From Gemmatimonadota bacterium (GTDB taxonomy: Bacteria > Gemmatimonadota > Gemmatimonadetes > Palauibacterales > Palauibacteraceae): a stretch of DNA of 64,000 nt. The notes under the pieces were generated by a model. That model saw only the letters and a program-made list of their open reading frames with translations. It had not been told where the DNA came from and made no database searches. A program made the translations under genes and the position numbers. Shown here piece after piece: positions 1 through 9,223 of the stretch. The stretch is taken from NCBI GenBank assembly GCA_039589195.1, contig JBDHHV010000002.1, positions 1,126-65,125 on the forward strand. Direction: 5' to 3'. Numbering within the stretch: the stretch's first letter is position 1; each line of letters begins with the position of its first letter.

Positions 1-33
1 CTAGCAGGCCGCTGCAGTTCTCGAGCGCCCGCC

Positions 34-618
34 TCAGCGGGAGCCGTCGAGCGAGGAGTCCAGCTGCGCGTCCTCGGCCGGCGGCGTGACCGGGGTGACC
101 GGCACCATTGGGCCGAACGGCATGAAGAAGTCCGAGGGTCCATCCAGCGTCGGTTCCAATGGAACGAGGTAGTCGGAGACGGGGAAGTCGAACGGCTTCT
201 CGCGGAACAATGCGGGCATCGGATCCAGCGCCATATCGCCCGCAGTCACCGGGATCTCGACAGCCACTGCGGGGAGCTCGACTTCGACCGACATCCGGGT
301 CGCGAACGGCAGCCACGTCAGAGCGAGGAAACCCACGGAAGCAACGGCAACCAGTGCTGCGCTGCCGAGGTGATGGCCCGATAGCCGTCCGGCGTCGTCG
401 ACATGGAACAGGCGGTGCTGGAGGCGCGGCAGAAAGTCCGGCGAAGGATGCAATTCCGGGAGCGACCGGTATTCAGCGACACCCTCACGCAAGACGCGGT
501 GGTAGCGCTGGCACGCCGGACACGCCTCCAGGTGTTCACCGAACGCTGCGCATGTGGCCGGCGATTGCCGGTCATCCGCAAACTCCGAGTAGCCCTGTAG
601 GAACTCCGAACACCGCAT
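34..618 (-). CDS. Anti-sigma factor, zf-HC2 type, single-pass membrane protein. The longest ORF starts at a TTG at 645; the ATG at 618 fits the family N-terminus better.
   Basis: N-terminus MRCSEFLQGYSEFADD resembles zf-HC2 anti-sigma factors. H-x3-C-x2-C motif (HLEACPAC). One hydrophobic TM segment (LVAVASVGFLALTWLPF). Lies immediately downstream of an ECF sigma gene on the same strand. Confidence 0.62.
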   Translation of the reverse strand: MRCSEFLQGYSEFADDRQSPATCAAFGEHLEACPACQRYHRVLREGVAEYRSLPELHPSPDFLPRLQHRLFHVDDAGRLSGHHLGSAALVAVASVGFLALTWLPFATRMSVEVELPAVAVEIPVTAGDMALDPMPALFREKPFDFPVSDYLVPLEPTLDGPSDFFMPFGPMVPVTPVTPPAEDAQLDSSLDGSR

Positions 619-778
619 GAGACGCCTATCCGTCTTCTCCTCCAAGTCAATCCGGCCCGCGTACTTCCCCCCAACCGACCACGCTCGGAGAGGTCACTCG
701 GACCGGCTCACTATACTCGTTCCTGAGGGCAGGGTTCCGCAAAAGAAGGACCGCCCTCCAGCGGACGGGAAGGTGGAT

Positions 779-809
779 AAAAAAAGGCCGCTCGCGAAGT
801 GGAGCGGCC
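779..809 (-). terminator. Rho-independent terminator between the ECF sigma gene and the anti-sigma gene
   Basis: On the minus strand: perfect 8-bp stem GGCCGCTC / GAGCGGCC with an 8-nt loop, followed by TTTTTTT (plus-strand aaaaaaa at 779-785). It lies ~60 nt after the sigma stop codon. Confidence 0.6.
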
Positions 810-866
810 ATGCAGGGATCTGCCTCATCCTCGCCCGAGCCGGCGGCTCACGCGGACCCCGGCTCA

Positions 867-1499
867 CTACTCGAGCATGGGGGCGATGATCTGAGCAAAC
901 TTGTTCCGCGCGCGATTCAAGCGGGACTTCACGGTGCCCAAGGTCACTCCTGTGATGTCGGAGATCTCCTCGTAGGTCTTGCCCTCCATCTCGCGCAACA
1001 CGAAGACGACCTTGTGGTGCTCGGGGAGCTCCGCGACGGCCCGCTCCACCTTCTCCCGGAGGTGTCGCTTCCGGAACAGGTCATCGGGCGAATACGAGTT
1101 GTCTTCCCACTGGAGCGGCCGATGGTCCGCATCCCAATTCTTCTTGATCGCCTGGAAGAGGACGAGAGGATTCCGCGATCGGTTCCTCAGCTCGTTCTTC
1201 GCCAGGTTGCTCGCGATCGTGTAGATCCAGGTCGAGAACTTCTTGGTCGGGTCGAACCTGTGCAGGTGGCGATACACGCGCACGAACGTCTCCTGCACCA
1301 GATCTTCACCGCGGTCCCGGTCCCCGATGGTCCGGTAGATGAAGTTGAGCAAGCGCTCCTGGTAGCGATTCACGAGCTCCTGGAAGGCGAACCGCTCGCC
1401 GTCGAGGTAGAGGCTGACCAGCTCGGCATCGTCGAGCCCGGCGAGCTGCGAGCGCTCGGGCGCGGGTGGCGACGATCCAGGGTTGGGCCGAGTCTCCAT
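867..1499 (-). CDS. ECF-type RNA polymerase sigma-70 family factor. Alternative GTG start at 1505.
   Basis: Sigma-70 region 2 (LVQETFVRVYRHLHRFDPTKKFSTWIYTIASN) and region 4 HTH (KTYEEISDITGVTLGTVKSRLNRARNKF). GAGGAG Shine-Dalgarno 5 nt before the ATG at 1499. Confidence 0.85.
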   Translation of the reverse strand: METRPNPGSSPPAPERSQLAGLDDAELVSLYLDGERFAFQELVNRYQERLLNFIYRTIGDRDRGEDLVQETFVRVYRHLHRFDPTKKFSTWIYTIASNLAKNELRNRSRNPLVLFQAIKKNWDADHRPLQWEDNSYSPDDLFRKRHLREKVERAVAELPEHHKVVFVLREMEGKTYEEISDITGVTLGTVKSRLNRARNKFAQIIAPMLE

Positions 1500-1592
1500 G
1501 TGCACTCCTCGTGTAACGGTGGACGGATCCGAGGCCGGCTCGGTATCCGTCGCATTTCCCTACAATCTATGACGCGCGAGCGTCCAGAATCG

Positions 1593-2204
1593 TCACACCG
1601 CGTCCGAAGTCGCCGCGAGGGCGACGTTCGGATCCAGTCTCACGGCACAGAGCAGCGTGCATATCGTCTTCGCGTCGTTGATCTGGCCCGACGCGACCAT
1701 TTCCAGCGCCTGCTCGAGCTTGAAATCGTGCCGCTCGATAAACTCGCTCTCCTCGTGTCGCATCTCGCCGGGCTCCAGCCCGAGCGCTACGAAGAGGTGA
1801 ATCACCTCATCGGTAAAGCCGGGAGTCGTATAGACCGTCGTGAGCCGCCTGAGCTCGCGAGCCCTTAGCCCCGCCTCCTCCTCGAGCTCCCGCCTCGCAC
1901 AGGATTCGGGTGACTCACCCGGATCGAGCTTGCCTGCGGGTACTTCCCAAAGCTCGCCACCTGCGGCGTAGCGAAACTGTCTGAGCAGCACGACGGCCGC
2001 GTCATCGCCTCCGGACCACTCCCCGGGGCGATACAGAGGCAGCACGGCTGCAGCCCCGGGGTGGCGGATCATCTCCAGCTCGCCGACGGAGCCATCCGGG
2101 AAGCGGACTCGATCGAGCTCGACATCGAAGACCCGGCCGCGGTACACCACCCCACCATCGACGCGGCGCCCGCTGGAACCTTCCAGGTCTACCTCCCGCA
2201 ACAA
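1593..2204 (-). CDS. NUDIX hydrolase (ADP-ribose pyrophosphatase-like). TTG start.
   Basis: Nudix box GKLDPGESPESCARRELEEEAGL matches GX5EX7REUXEEXGU. Confidence 0.78.
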   Translation of the reverse strand: MLREVDLEGSSGRRVDGGVVYRGRVFDVELDRVRFPDGSVGELEMIRHPGAAAVLPLYRPGEWSGGDDAAVVLLRQFRYAAGGELWEVPAGKLDPGESPESCARRELEEEAGLRARELRRLTTVYTTPGFTDEVIHLFVALGLEPGEMRHEESEFIERHDFKLEQALEMVASGQINDAKTICTLLCAVRLDPNVALAATSDAV

Positions 2205-2292
2205 CTTGACACGCGAACGGTTCCCGGAGCCGCCCGACCATCCCGGCCAGCGTGTCCGCGCTCGCCCCTTCCTTCCGAAGCGGCGAAGGCTG

Positions 2293-2330
2293 GTTTAAAT
2301 AACCGAAAATGAACCGAAAGTCAAGACTGG
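2293..2330 (-). promoter_or_regulatory. Candidate sigma-70-like promoter upstream of the NUDIX gene
   Basis: Rare AT-rich island. On the minus strand: TTGACT, then a 17-nt spacer, then TATTTA. Also a direct repeat AACCGAAA x2 on the plus strand. Confidence 0.4.
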
Positions 2331-2415
2331 CGCGGGTTTTCGGACGTTTTGGGAGACTGCTGAAGAACCCTGGCGGGTCGCGTTACGGAACGCGACAGCC
2401 CCGGATCCACGGCGC

Positions 2416-3792
2416 CTAGGGTCCGCTCGGAGAGTCCCGCCGCTCGACTTCGCCGAACCGCTCGACCTCGGCCTCCACGGCATCCGCATCGGTGACGGCC
2501 AGCAATACGAGCCGATCCTCGCTCAGGTATCTGCGGCAGACGTCCCGGACCTCTTCGGGGGTGATCGCGTCGATCCGCCCTCGGTACGCCTCCCAGTAAT
2601 CCGCCGGGAGATCGAAGATGAGCTGGCGACTGACCCGACTGGTGACCTGCGCCGGAGTTTCGAACTGAAGCGGGAGCGAGAGGGTGAGGGCGTGCTTGGC
2701 GAGCAGTAGCTCCTCCTCGCCCGGCGGCTCCTCCCGCATCCGGGCGATCTCGGCCAGCGTCTCCTCGAGCGCCGGTCCTGTGGCGGCGGTCTCCACCGCC
2801 GTCTTGGTGACGAAGGGTCCCGCGCCACGCCGGAAGCGAAAGAAGCTGCGCGCGCCGTACGTCCAGCCCTTGTCCTCGCGCAGGTTCATGTTGATGCGCG
2901 AGTTGAACAGGCCTCCCAGGATCGCGTTCGCGACGATGATCGCGTAATGGTCTTCCGTGCCGTGCGGGACCCCGACGGTGCCCACCCGCAGCTCGGACTG
3001 CGGACTGCCGGGGCGATCGATCAGGATCATCGCGGCCCGAGTCGCCGGGGACGCTGGAACCGAGGGCGCCGGTTCGCGCTCGCACGACCCCGTCCAACCG
3101 CCGAAGTGCCGCCCGAGGCTCTCCGTGAGGGTATGCACGCTCACGTCGCCGCAGGCCAGCAACAGGGCTCCGTCCGGCGCGTACCGGCGCGAGTGAAAGT
3201 CGCGCACCATTTCATCGTCGACCCGCCGAATCGAAGCATCGGTCCCGCGAATCGGCCGCCCGTACAGCCCGTCCGCGTAGATCGCCGAAATGAGAGCGTG
3301 GTCGGCCACGATGGCGGGCTCATCGAGCTCCCGCGAGATCTCGTCCAATCGCTCGCTCCGCAGTCGCTCGAACTCTTCCCCGTCGAAGCGCGCGTCCCGG
3401 GTCACGGCCGCGAGGAACTCGACCGCCTCGTCGAGCACGTCGCTCAACAGGTGCGTCGAGAGAACCGCGACGTCGTAGCTGACCGACACCTCGAATCCGG
3501 CGCCCAGGCGGTCCAGCCAGCGCGCCATCGCGACTGCGTCGCGAGACCCCGCCCCCTCCGTCAGCAAGCGTCCGGTCAGCTCGGCGAGTCCCGCCGCGCC
3601 GGACGGCTCGGCCGCGGCACCCGCCTCGAGCACGAGCCGCAGCGACACTTCGGGCAACTCGTCCCTGGCCGCCAGGCGGGCGTTCAGGCCACCCGGCGCC
3701 TGGACCGGCCGAAACGCCGGGAGCCGCAGGGGCCGCGGCTCGCCCGACTCCGGTCGCCGCGCTCGATCGGGTCCGACGTCCGCGGGACTCAC
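2416..3792 (-). CDS. M16 family peptidase, non-catalytic subunit (lacks HxxEH). GTG start overlapping the upstream stop codon.
   Basis: Pitrilysin-family fold-like sequence without the zinc motif. Translationally coupled (GTGA overlap) to the HxxEH-containing partner. Confidence 0.75.
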   Translation of the reverse strand: MSPADVGPDRARRPESGEPRPLRLPAFRPVQAPGGLNARLAARDELPEVSLRLVLEAGAAAEPSGAAGLAELTGRLLTEGAGSRDAVAMARWLDRLGAGFEVSVSYDVAVLSTHLLSDVLDEAVEFLAAVTRDARFDGEEFERLRSERLDEISRELDEPAIVADHALISAIYADGLYGRPIRGTDASIRRVDDEMVRDFHSRRYAPDGALLLACGDVSVHTLTESLGRHFGGWTGSCEREPAPSVPASPATRAAMILIDRPGSPQSELRVGTVGVPHGTEDHYAIIVANAILGGLFNSRINMNLREDKGWTYGARSFFRFRRGAGPFVTKTAVETAATGPALEETLAEIARMREEPPGEEELLLAKHALTLSLPLQFETPAQVTSRVSRQLIFDLPADYWEAYRGRIDAITPEEVRDVCRRYLSEDRLVLLAVTDADAVEAEVERFGEVERRDSPSGP

Positions 3793-5102
3793 GAGCCGTC
3801 TGCTACCTGATCCGTACCGGCCCGCGGCACGACGTGAACCGCCGTCAGGCGGTCGGACCGGAGGATCTCGTCGGCAAGCCCGGTCACGGCCTCTCCGGTC
3901 AGGCTCGCGTATCGGCCGAACACGCTGTTCACGTACCCGGGGTCGTCGCGTAGCGTGACGGCGTGCGCGAACGCGTCGGCGCGGCCACCCACCGCGTTCA
4001 ACTGCCCCACCAATGACCGGCGGGCCCGGTTGAGGGCGCCTTCCATCTCCTCCGCGCGGATGCTACCGGACCGGAGGTCCCGGATCACGTCGCGAGCCGC
4101 CGTCTCGAGGGCCTCGGCCGTCACCCCGGGGCGAGCCGTCGCGACGACGAAGAACATCCCGACCTTCTCCGTGGGCCACGTAAACGCGTGCACCTCCGCC
4201 GCAACCTGTTGCTCGTACACGAGGGCGTTGTGGAGTCGGGAGGACTTTCCGTCTCCGAGCAGGAACGTGAGGACGTCGGCCGCTTCGAAGCCCGGGTCGT
4301 CGAAAGGTGGCGAGTGGAACATCAAGTACACCCGCGGGACCTGGACCTGGTCGTCGATCGTGGCGCGCCGCTCTCCTCTGTCCAGGGCCGAGGGGACACT
4401 CACGCGGTCGGGGACCGGACGCGGCGGGATGTCGGCGAACCAATGCTCGACCCGACCCAACGCCGCCGCAGGCTCGATGTCGCCCGCCAGTACCAGCACG
4501 GCGTTGTTGGGCCCGTAGTGCCGATCGAAGAACCCGTGCACATCCTCGAGAGAGGCTTCTTCCAGATCGGGCATGTATCCGATCGTCGGGTGCCGATACG
4601 GGTGCCGCTCGGGATAGGCGCTCTCGAGGACCGTCTCGAACGCGAGTCCGTACGGCCGGTTCTCGTAGGATTGCCGGCGCTCGTTCTTCACCACCTCTCG
4701 TTGGTTGTCCAGCTTCTCCTGTGTGATGCCGGCGCGGAAGAACCCCATCCGGTCCGACTCCAGCCACAGAGCCAGGTCCAGCTCGTTCGAGGGCAAGGTC
4801 TCGTAGTAGTTGGTCCGGTCGAACCAGGTGGAGCCGTTGAGGGTTCCGCCGGCGTCCTGGATGTGCTTGAAGTGGCCTTCCCGTGGCACGTGCTCGGAAC
4901 CCTGGAAGAGCAGGTGCTCGAACAGATGGGCAAACCCCGTGAGCCCGGCACGCTCGTCTTTGGAGCCCACGTGATACATGACGTGCACCGCCACGATCGG
5001 GGTCGATCGATCCTGGTGCAGGATGACGCGCATCCCGTTGTCGAGCCTATGGTCCTCGAACGGAAACCCGACCGGGGCTCCGTTTGGGTCGATATTCGCC
5101 AT
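3789..5102 (-). CDS. M16 family zinc peptidase, catalytic subunit
   Basis: Inverted zincin motif HLFEHLLFQGSEH (HxxEH) plus a downstream E. The N-terminal region is typical of pitrilysin/PqqL-like proteins. Confidence 0.82.
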   Translation of the reverse strand: MANIDPNGAPVGFPFEDHRLDNGMRVILHQDRSTPIVAVHVMYHVGSKDERAGLTGFAHLFEHLLFQGSEHVPREGHFKHIQDAGGTLNGSTWFDRTNYYETLPSNELDLALWLESDRMGFFRAGITQEKLDNQREVVKNERRQSYENRPYGLAFETVLESAYPERHPYRHPTIGYMPDLEEASLEDVHGFFDRHYGPNNAVLVLAGDIEPAAALGRVEHWFADIPPRPVPDRVSVPSALDRGERRATIDDQVQVPRVYLMFHSPPFDDPGFEAADVLTFLLGDGKSSRLHNALVYEQQVAAEVHAFTWPTEKVGMFFVVATARPGVTAEALETAARDVIRDLRSGSIRAEEMEGALNRARRSLVGQLNAVGGRADAFAHAVTLRDDPGYVNSVFGRYASLTGEAVTGLADEILRSDRLTAVHVVPRAGTDQVADGS

Positions 5103-5190
5103 GCCACGTATCGCTCAAGGGTCGACTGCGGCCGCGCCAGGCCCGGCGAGCCGGGGGTCGGGGCGCGAATGTACACGGGCGGTGGTCGAG

Positions 5191-5225
5191 GCAAAAGGAG
5201 GGACGGCGGTCCGGTCGGACCGCCG
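5191..5225 (-). terminator. Putative intrinsic terminator downstream of rnpB
   Basis: On the minus strand: 9-bp stem CGGCGGTCC / GGACCGCCG with loop GACC, followed by TCCCTCCTTTTGCC. Confidence 0.45.
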
Positions 5226-5249
5226 GGTCGCCCGGCGGCCGCAGGCCGC

Positions 5250-5662
5250 GAAAGAGCGGAGGGGAGTAAGCCGGGTTCTGTTACGAAGGATCGACACGAG
5301 GACGCCCTTCGTGAGGTCATCTGTCTGCGACGCTCGGTTACCCGAGGTCTCTAGCGGCCTACCCGGAGCTCGAGCGTGACGGGCCGCCACATCGCTCCTG
5401 CTTGGCCTTGCTCCCGACGGGGTTTACCGTGCCGCCCCCTGTTACCAGTGGACGCGGTGGGCTCTTACCCCACCCTTTCACCCTTGCCTGTGCGGACCTC
5501 GGTCGCCCGAGATCCGCCATCGGCGGTCTGCTCTCTGTGGCACTTTCCGTCGCCTCGCGACGCCCGGGCGTTACCCGGCGCCGTGCCCTGTGGAGCCCGG
5601 ACTTTCCTCGAGCGGCGTGCCCGGGGGCACCCACCCGCGACCTCATCTCCCTCCGCTCTGAC
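5250..5662 (-). ncRNA. rnpB: RNase P RNA (type A, bacterial)
   Basis: The minus strand contains GAGGAAAGTCCGGGCTCCACAGGGCA (P4/CR-I). It also contains GGTAAGAGCCCACCGCG...TGGTAACAGGGGGCGGCACGGTAAACCCCGTCGGGAGCAAGGCCAAGCAGG, the P10-P12/CR-II-III region, collinear with E. coli M1 RNA. It has ACAGAACCCGGCTTA near the 3' end. P1 pairing: 5' GAGCGGAGGGAG with 3' CTCCCCTCCGCTC. Confidence 0.88.
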
Positions 5663-5750
5663 GCGGTCGAGTTATTCGTGCGGCTACCCTGACCTACCCG
5701 GGCCCCGTCGAGGAGGTTTCAGCACCGAGCGTGACGCCCCTGCAGGTGGC

Positions 5751-8700
5751 ATGTCCCGCCGCTCGCCGGAATATTGGGACATGCTGCGCGCCATGCTGAT
5801 GATCGCCTTCCTCCTGTCAGGCGCCGCCGGGCTCATCTACGAGCTCGCGTGGAGCCGGTACCTCGCCCTGTTCGTTGGCCACAGCGCCGAGGCACAGGTT
5901 CTCGTCATCGCCATGTTCCTGGGGGGCATGTCGATCGGCGCCCTCGCGGTGGGAGAGAGGTCGCGCCGCCTCGAGCGCCCGCTGTTTTGGTACGCGATCG
6001 CGGAGGGCTTGCTCGGCGCGTTCGGGCTCGCCTTCCACTTCCTGTTCGATCTCGTCACACGGGCAGCCTACACGTCCGTGTTTCCCGCCCTGGGCGGGCC
6101 GGTGGCGATCTCGATCGTCAAATGGCTGCTGGCGGGCCTGCTGATCTTCGTGCCGTCGATCGTCCTCGGCACGACCTTCCCGTTGATCGCCGCCGCCATC
6201 CTCCGCCGCTTCCGGGAGCGCCCGGGCGGAACGATCGCAACGCTGTATTTCGTGAACAGCCTCGGGGGAGCGATCGCGATCCTGGTCGCCGGATTCGTGC
6301 TGATCGGGCTGGCCGGGCTGCGCGGGACGCTCGCCACGGCGGCCGCTCTGAACTTCGCCGCGGCGGCGCTGGCGGCGTGGATCGCGGCCAGACACGCCGA
6401 GGGCGGGGCCACGGCGGCGCTCGAGCCCGCGCGAGCGACGGCGACGGTGGCTGCTGCCGAGGGCGCCGCGGGGGCGGTTCGCGCCGCGTCGACCGAGGTG
6501 CGGAGACGCCTGTGGACCGTGCTCCTGGGCGTAAGCGCCCTCACGGCGGTGGCGTCGTTCGTGTACGAGATCGGTTGGATCCGCATGCTCTCCCTCGTCA
6601 TGGGGAGCGCCACGCACTCCTTCGAGCTCATGCTCTCTGCGTTCATCCTGGGGCTGGCGCTCGGTGCGCTCGCCATCCGGACGGCCGCGGATCGCGCGAC
6701 CCGGCCGGTGGCGCTCCTGGGAGGCATCCAGTGGCTGATGGGGCTGTTCGCGCTCGCCACGCTTCCGGTGTACGCCGCCTCGTTCGGTTGGCTCGCAGAT
6801 CTGATGTCGGGGGTGAGCGCCGACGACGCGGGGTACAGGCTCTTCAACCTGGGGCGGTACGGCGTGGCGCTCGCCGTCATGCTCCCTTCGACCGTCCTGG
6901 CCGGCATGACGCTGCCGTTGATCACCAACACGTTGCTCCGCGTCGGATCGGGCGAGCGGGCCATCGGCTGGGTGTACGCGTGCAACACCGCCGGGGCGAT
7001 CGTGGGTGTCATGCTGGCCGGGCTGGTCCTGCTGCCGTGGCTCGGGCTCAAGGGCATGCTGGTGTGGGGCGCGGGGCTCGACATGGCGCTCGGGGTGGGC
7101 CTGCTGGCCCTGAGCCGGAGGGGATCTGATCTCGATGCGGTCGCGGGCGAGCGGGTCGGGGCGCTCCGCCGGGTGCCCGCCTGGGCAGCCCCGGCAACCG
7201 GGATCGCGGCGCTCGGCATCTCGCTCGCGGTCGTCTTCGGGATCCGTTTCGATCGCGCGCTCCTGACCAGCGGCGTGTTCCGGTACGGGCGGGTGGACCC
7301 GGCCAGCCACTCGGTCATGTACTACGCCGACGGGCGAACAGCCACGGTCGGTGTGCACATCACCGGCAGCGATACCCTGATCGTGCTCACGTCGAACGGG
7401 AAGCCGGACGCGTCGCTCACCGCGAGGTGGGTGCGCGCTGCGAGCGAGCCCGTGGACCCGCTGCCCATCCGGCAGCAGGACGAGTCGACCCAAATGCTGA
7501 GCGCGCTCGTGACGCTCGCCCACGCGCCGGACGCGAGAACCGGCGCCGTGATCGGGCACGGGTCGGGGATGTCGGGGCATTTCCTCCTCTCCGACCCCGG
7601 CCTCGAGGCGCTCACCACGATCGAGATCGAGCCTCGAGTGATCGACGCCTCCTACGTCTACTATCCCGCGAACCGCCGTGTCTTCGATGACGCCCGCTCG
7701 CGAATGGTGATCGCCGACGCGAAGTCCTTCTTCGCCCACCGGGGAGAGCGATACGACCTGATCCTGTCGGAGCCTTCCAACCCGTGGGTCTCGGGGACGG
7801 CGAGCCTGTTCAGCCTCGAGTTCTACGACCAGATCCGATCCTACCTGGCCCCCGACGGCGTGTTCGGGCAGTGGTTTCACCTGTACGAGAGCGATGATGA
7901 CCTCGTTCTCAGTGTCCTCTCCGCGTTGCACCGCGGCTTCGCGGACTACAGGGCGTACCTGGTCGGTGACACCGACCTGATGATCGTGGCCACGCCGGAG
8001 GGCACGCTGCGCGAGCCCGATTGGGACCTTCTGCTGCGATCCGACCTGCGCCAGGAGCTCTCCCACGTGCTCCCGATTCTCCCCGACCACCTCGACGGCC
8101 TCCGCGTGTTCGGGAGGCGGGAGCTCGCGCCGCTGACCGAGACCTGGGAATCGCCGAACTCGGACTACCGCCCGATCCTCGACCTGAGCGCGGAGCGCGC
8201 ACGGTTTCTCGATTCGATCGCGGACGGGGCCTACGGCATGGCGAAAGACCGGTTTCGCATCGCCGCGGCACTCGGCGGCTGGCGTATGGCGCCCGCCCGA
8301 TCGCCGGGGCTGCCGATCCCCGGGCTCGCGCCGCTCAGGGGGCGCGCGATTGCGGTCGAGATCCGCCGGGGGTTGAGCGATCCCGACGCCGAGGCGGCGG
8401 GTTTCGCCAGGGTCCAGGTGCGAACGACGCGACTCGGGTTCGGGCGGCTGCTCGACGCGCCGTCGGATCCGGCGGACACCGGGGCATGGGCGGGATGGGT
8501 CGCCGACTTCCTCCGAATCGAGGGAGCACTGCACGCCGGAACCGCCGGGTTCGTGGATGAGGTGTTCTACGGGGCTGTCGGCGCGATCCTGGCGCGCTCC
8601 CACCCACCGCCGGAGGTGCAGGCGACGGTCGACTTCATGCACGGGCTGGCCGGTTGGCAATTCGATGAGGCCGCTCGCGCAGCCCGGGTCCTGATGCGAG

Positions 8701-8939
8701 TCCTCGGTTCCGGGCCCGAGGTCGAGGACGGTGAGATTCCGACCAGCGCCACGATGTTGGCGCCCCTCGACCGAGGCCTGCTACTGGACGGGGCCGTCGT
8801 CGCCTTTCTGGTCACGGGAGAGCCCGGGCTGGCCGCAGAGACGCTCGATCGGCTGGCGGACGGGACGGGTCGGCCACCGAACGATCTCAGGCTACGGCTC
8901 CTGCGCGCCCACATCGCGGAGACCCTGGCGGCTCGCTGA
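5751..8939 (+). CDS. Fused multi-TM / spermidine synthase-like (polyamine aminopropyltransferase family) protein with C-terminal extension. Start reassigned from 5376.
   Basis: Begins MSRRSPEYWDMLRAMLMIAFLLSGAAGLIYELAWSRYL (conserved N-terminus of fused SpeE-like membrane proteins). About 11 TM segments. Aminopropyltransferase core GHGSGMSG...DLILSEPSNPWVSGTASLFSLEFYDQIRSYLAPDGVFGQWFHLYE. The track ORF start at 5376 would overlap rnpB. Confidence 0.75.
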   Translation: MSRRSPEYWDMLRAMLMIAFLLSGAAGLIYELAWSRYLALFVGHSAEAQVLVIAMFLGGMSIGALAVGERSRRLERPLFWYAIAEGLLGAFGLAFHFLFDLVTRAAYTSVFPALGGPVAISIVKWLLAGLLIFVPSIVLGTTFPLIAAAILRRFRERPGGTIATLYFVNSLGGAIAILVAGFVLIGLAGLRGTLATAAALNFAAAALAAWIAARHAEGGATAALEPARATATVAAAEGAAGAVRAASTEVRRRLWTVLLGVSALTAVASFVYEIGWIRMLSLVMGSATHSFELMLSAFILGLALGALAIRTAADRATRPVALLGGIQWLMGLFALATLPVYAASFGWLADLMSGVSADDAGYRLFNLGRYGVALAVMLPSTVLAGMTLPLITNTLLRVGSGERAIGWVYACNTAGAIVGVMLAGLVLLPWLGLKGMLVWGAGLDMALGVGLLALSRRGSDLDAVAGERVGALRRVPAWAAPATGIAALGISLAVVFGIRFDRALLTSGVFRYGRVDPASHSVMYYADGRTATVGVHITGSDTLIVLTSNGKPDASLTARWVRAASEPVDPLPIRQQDESTQMLSALVTLAHAPDARTGAVIGHGSGMSGHFLLSDPGLEALTTIEIEPRVIDASYVYYPANRRVFDDARSRMVIADAKSFFAHRGERYDLILSEPSNPWVSGTASLFSLEFYDQIRSYLAPDGVFGQWFHLYESDDDLVLSVLSALHRGFADYRAYLVGDTDLMIVATPEGTLREPDWDLLLRSDLRQELSHVLPILPDHLDGLRVFGRRELAPLTETWESPNSDYRPILDLSAERARFLDSIADGAYGMAKDRFRIAAALGGWRMAPARSPGLPIPGLAPLRGRAIAVEIRRGLSDPDAEAAGFARVQVRTTRLGFGRLLDAPSDPADTGAWAGWVADFLRIEGALHAGTAGFVDEVFYGAVGAILARSHPPPEVQATVDFMHGLAGWQFDEAARAARVLMRVLGSGPEVEDGEIPTSATMLAPLDRGLLLDGAVVAFLVTGEPGLAAETLDRLADGTGRPPNDLRLRLLRAHIAETLAAR

Positions 8940-9223
8940 GCCATCGAGTAGCACCGTTTGGGGCACTTCGACCCGGTGCGGGGTAGCAGTCACCTCGGCG
9001 TCGGTTCCCGCCCGCAGGCAACGTCGACGGTGGGCCGGCTGTCGGAAGGTCAAGTGCGGTACTATCTTTCGAGCCTGAGCACCCGGTTGTGGGAGGCGCG
9101 TGGGGCTATCGCCGCGCGATATCGGTCCGACTCCTGCATGATCGGCTCATGGCGGCCCCGGTGCGGGGGGGTAAGGGGGCCAAGTTTCGAAGCGGAGGTG
9201 AGTACCACGTAGCTACACCTGGT

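Noticed and set aside
5817-8660. 947-aa ORF on the minus strand, plus many other 100-400-aa ORFs antisense to annotated genes (e.g. 4188..5354, 10228..11826, 24398..26107, 34629..35759)
   Set aside because: These are high-GC artefacts. Their products are Arg/Pro/Gly-rich with no motifs. They lie antisense to genes with clear family signatures.

The same applies to the N-terminal extensions of track ORFs 5376..8939 (overlaps rnpB), 15296..17488 (overlaps the DUF819 gene), 30186..31295 (overlaps rfbB) and 39457..40929.
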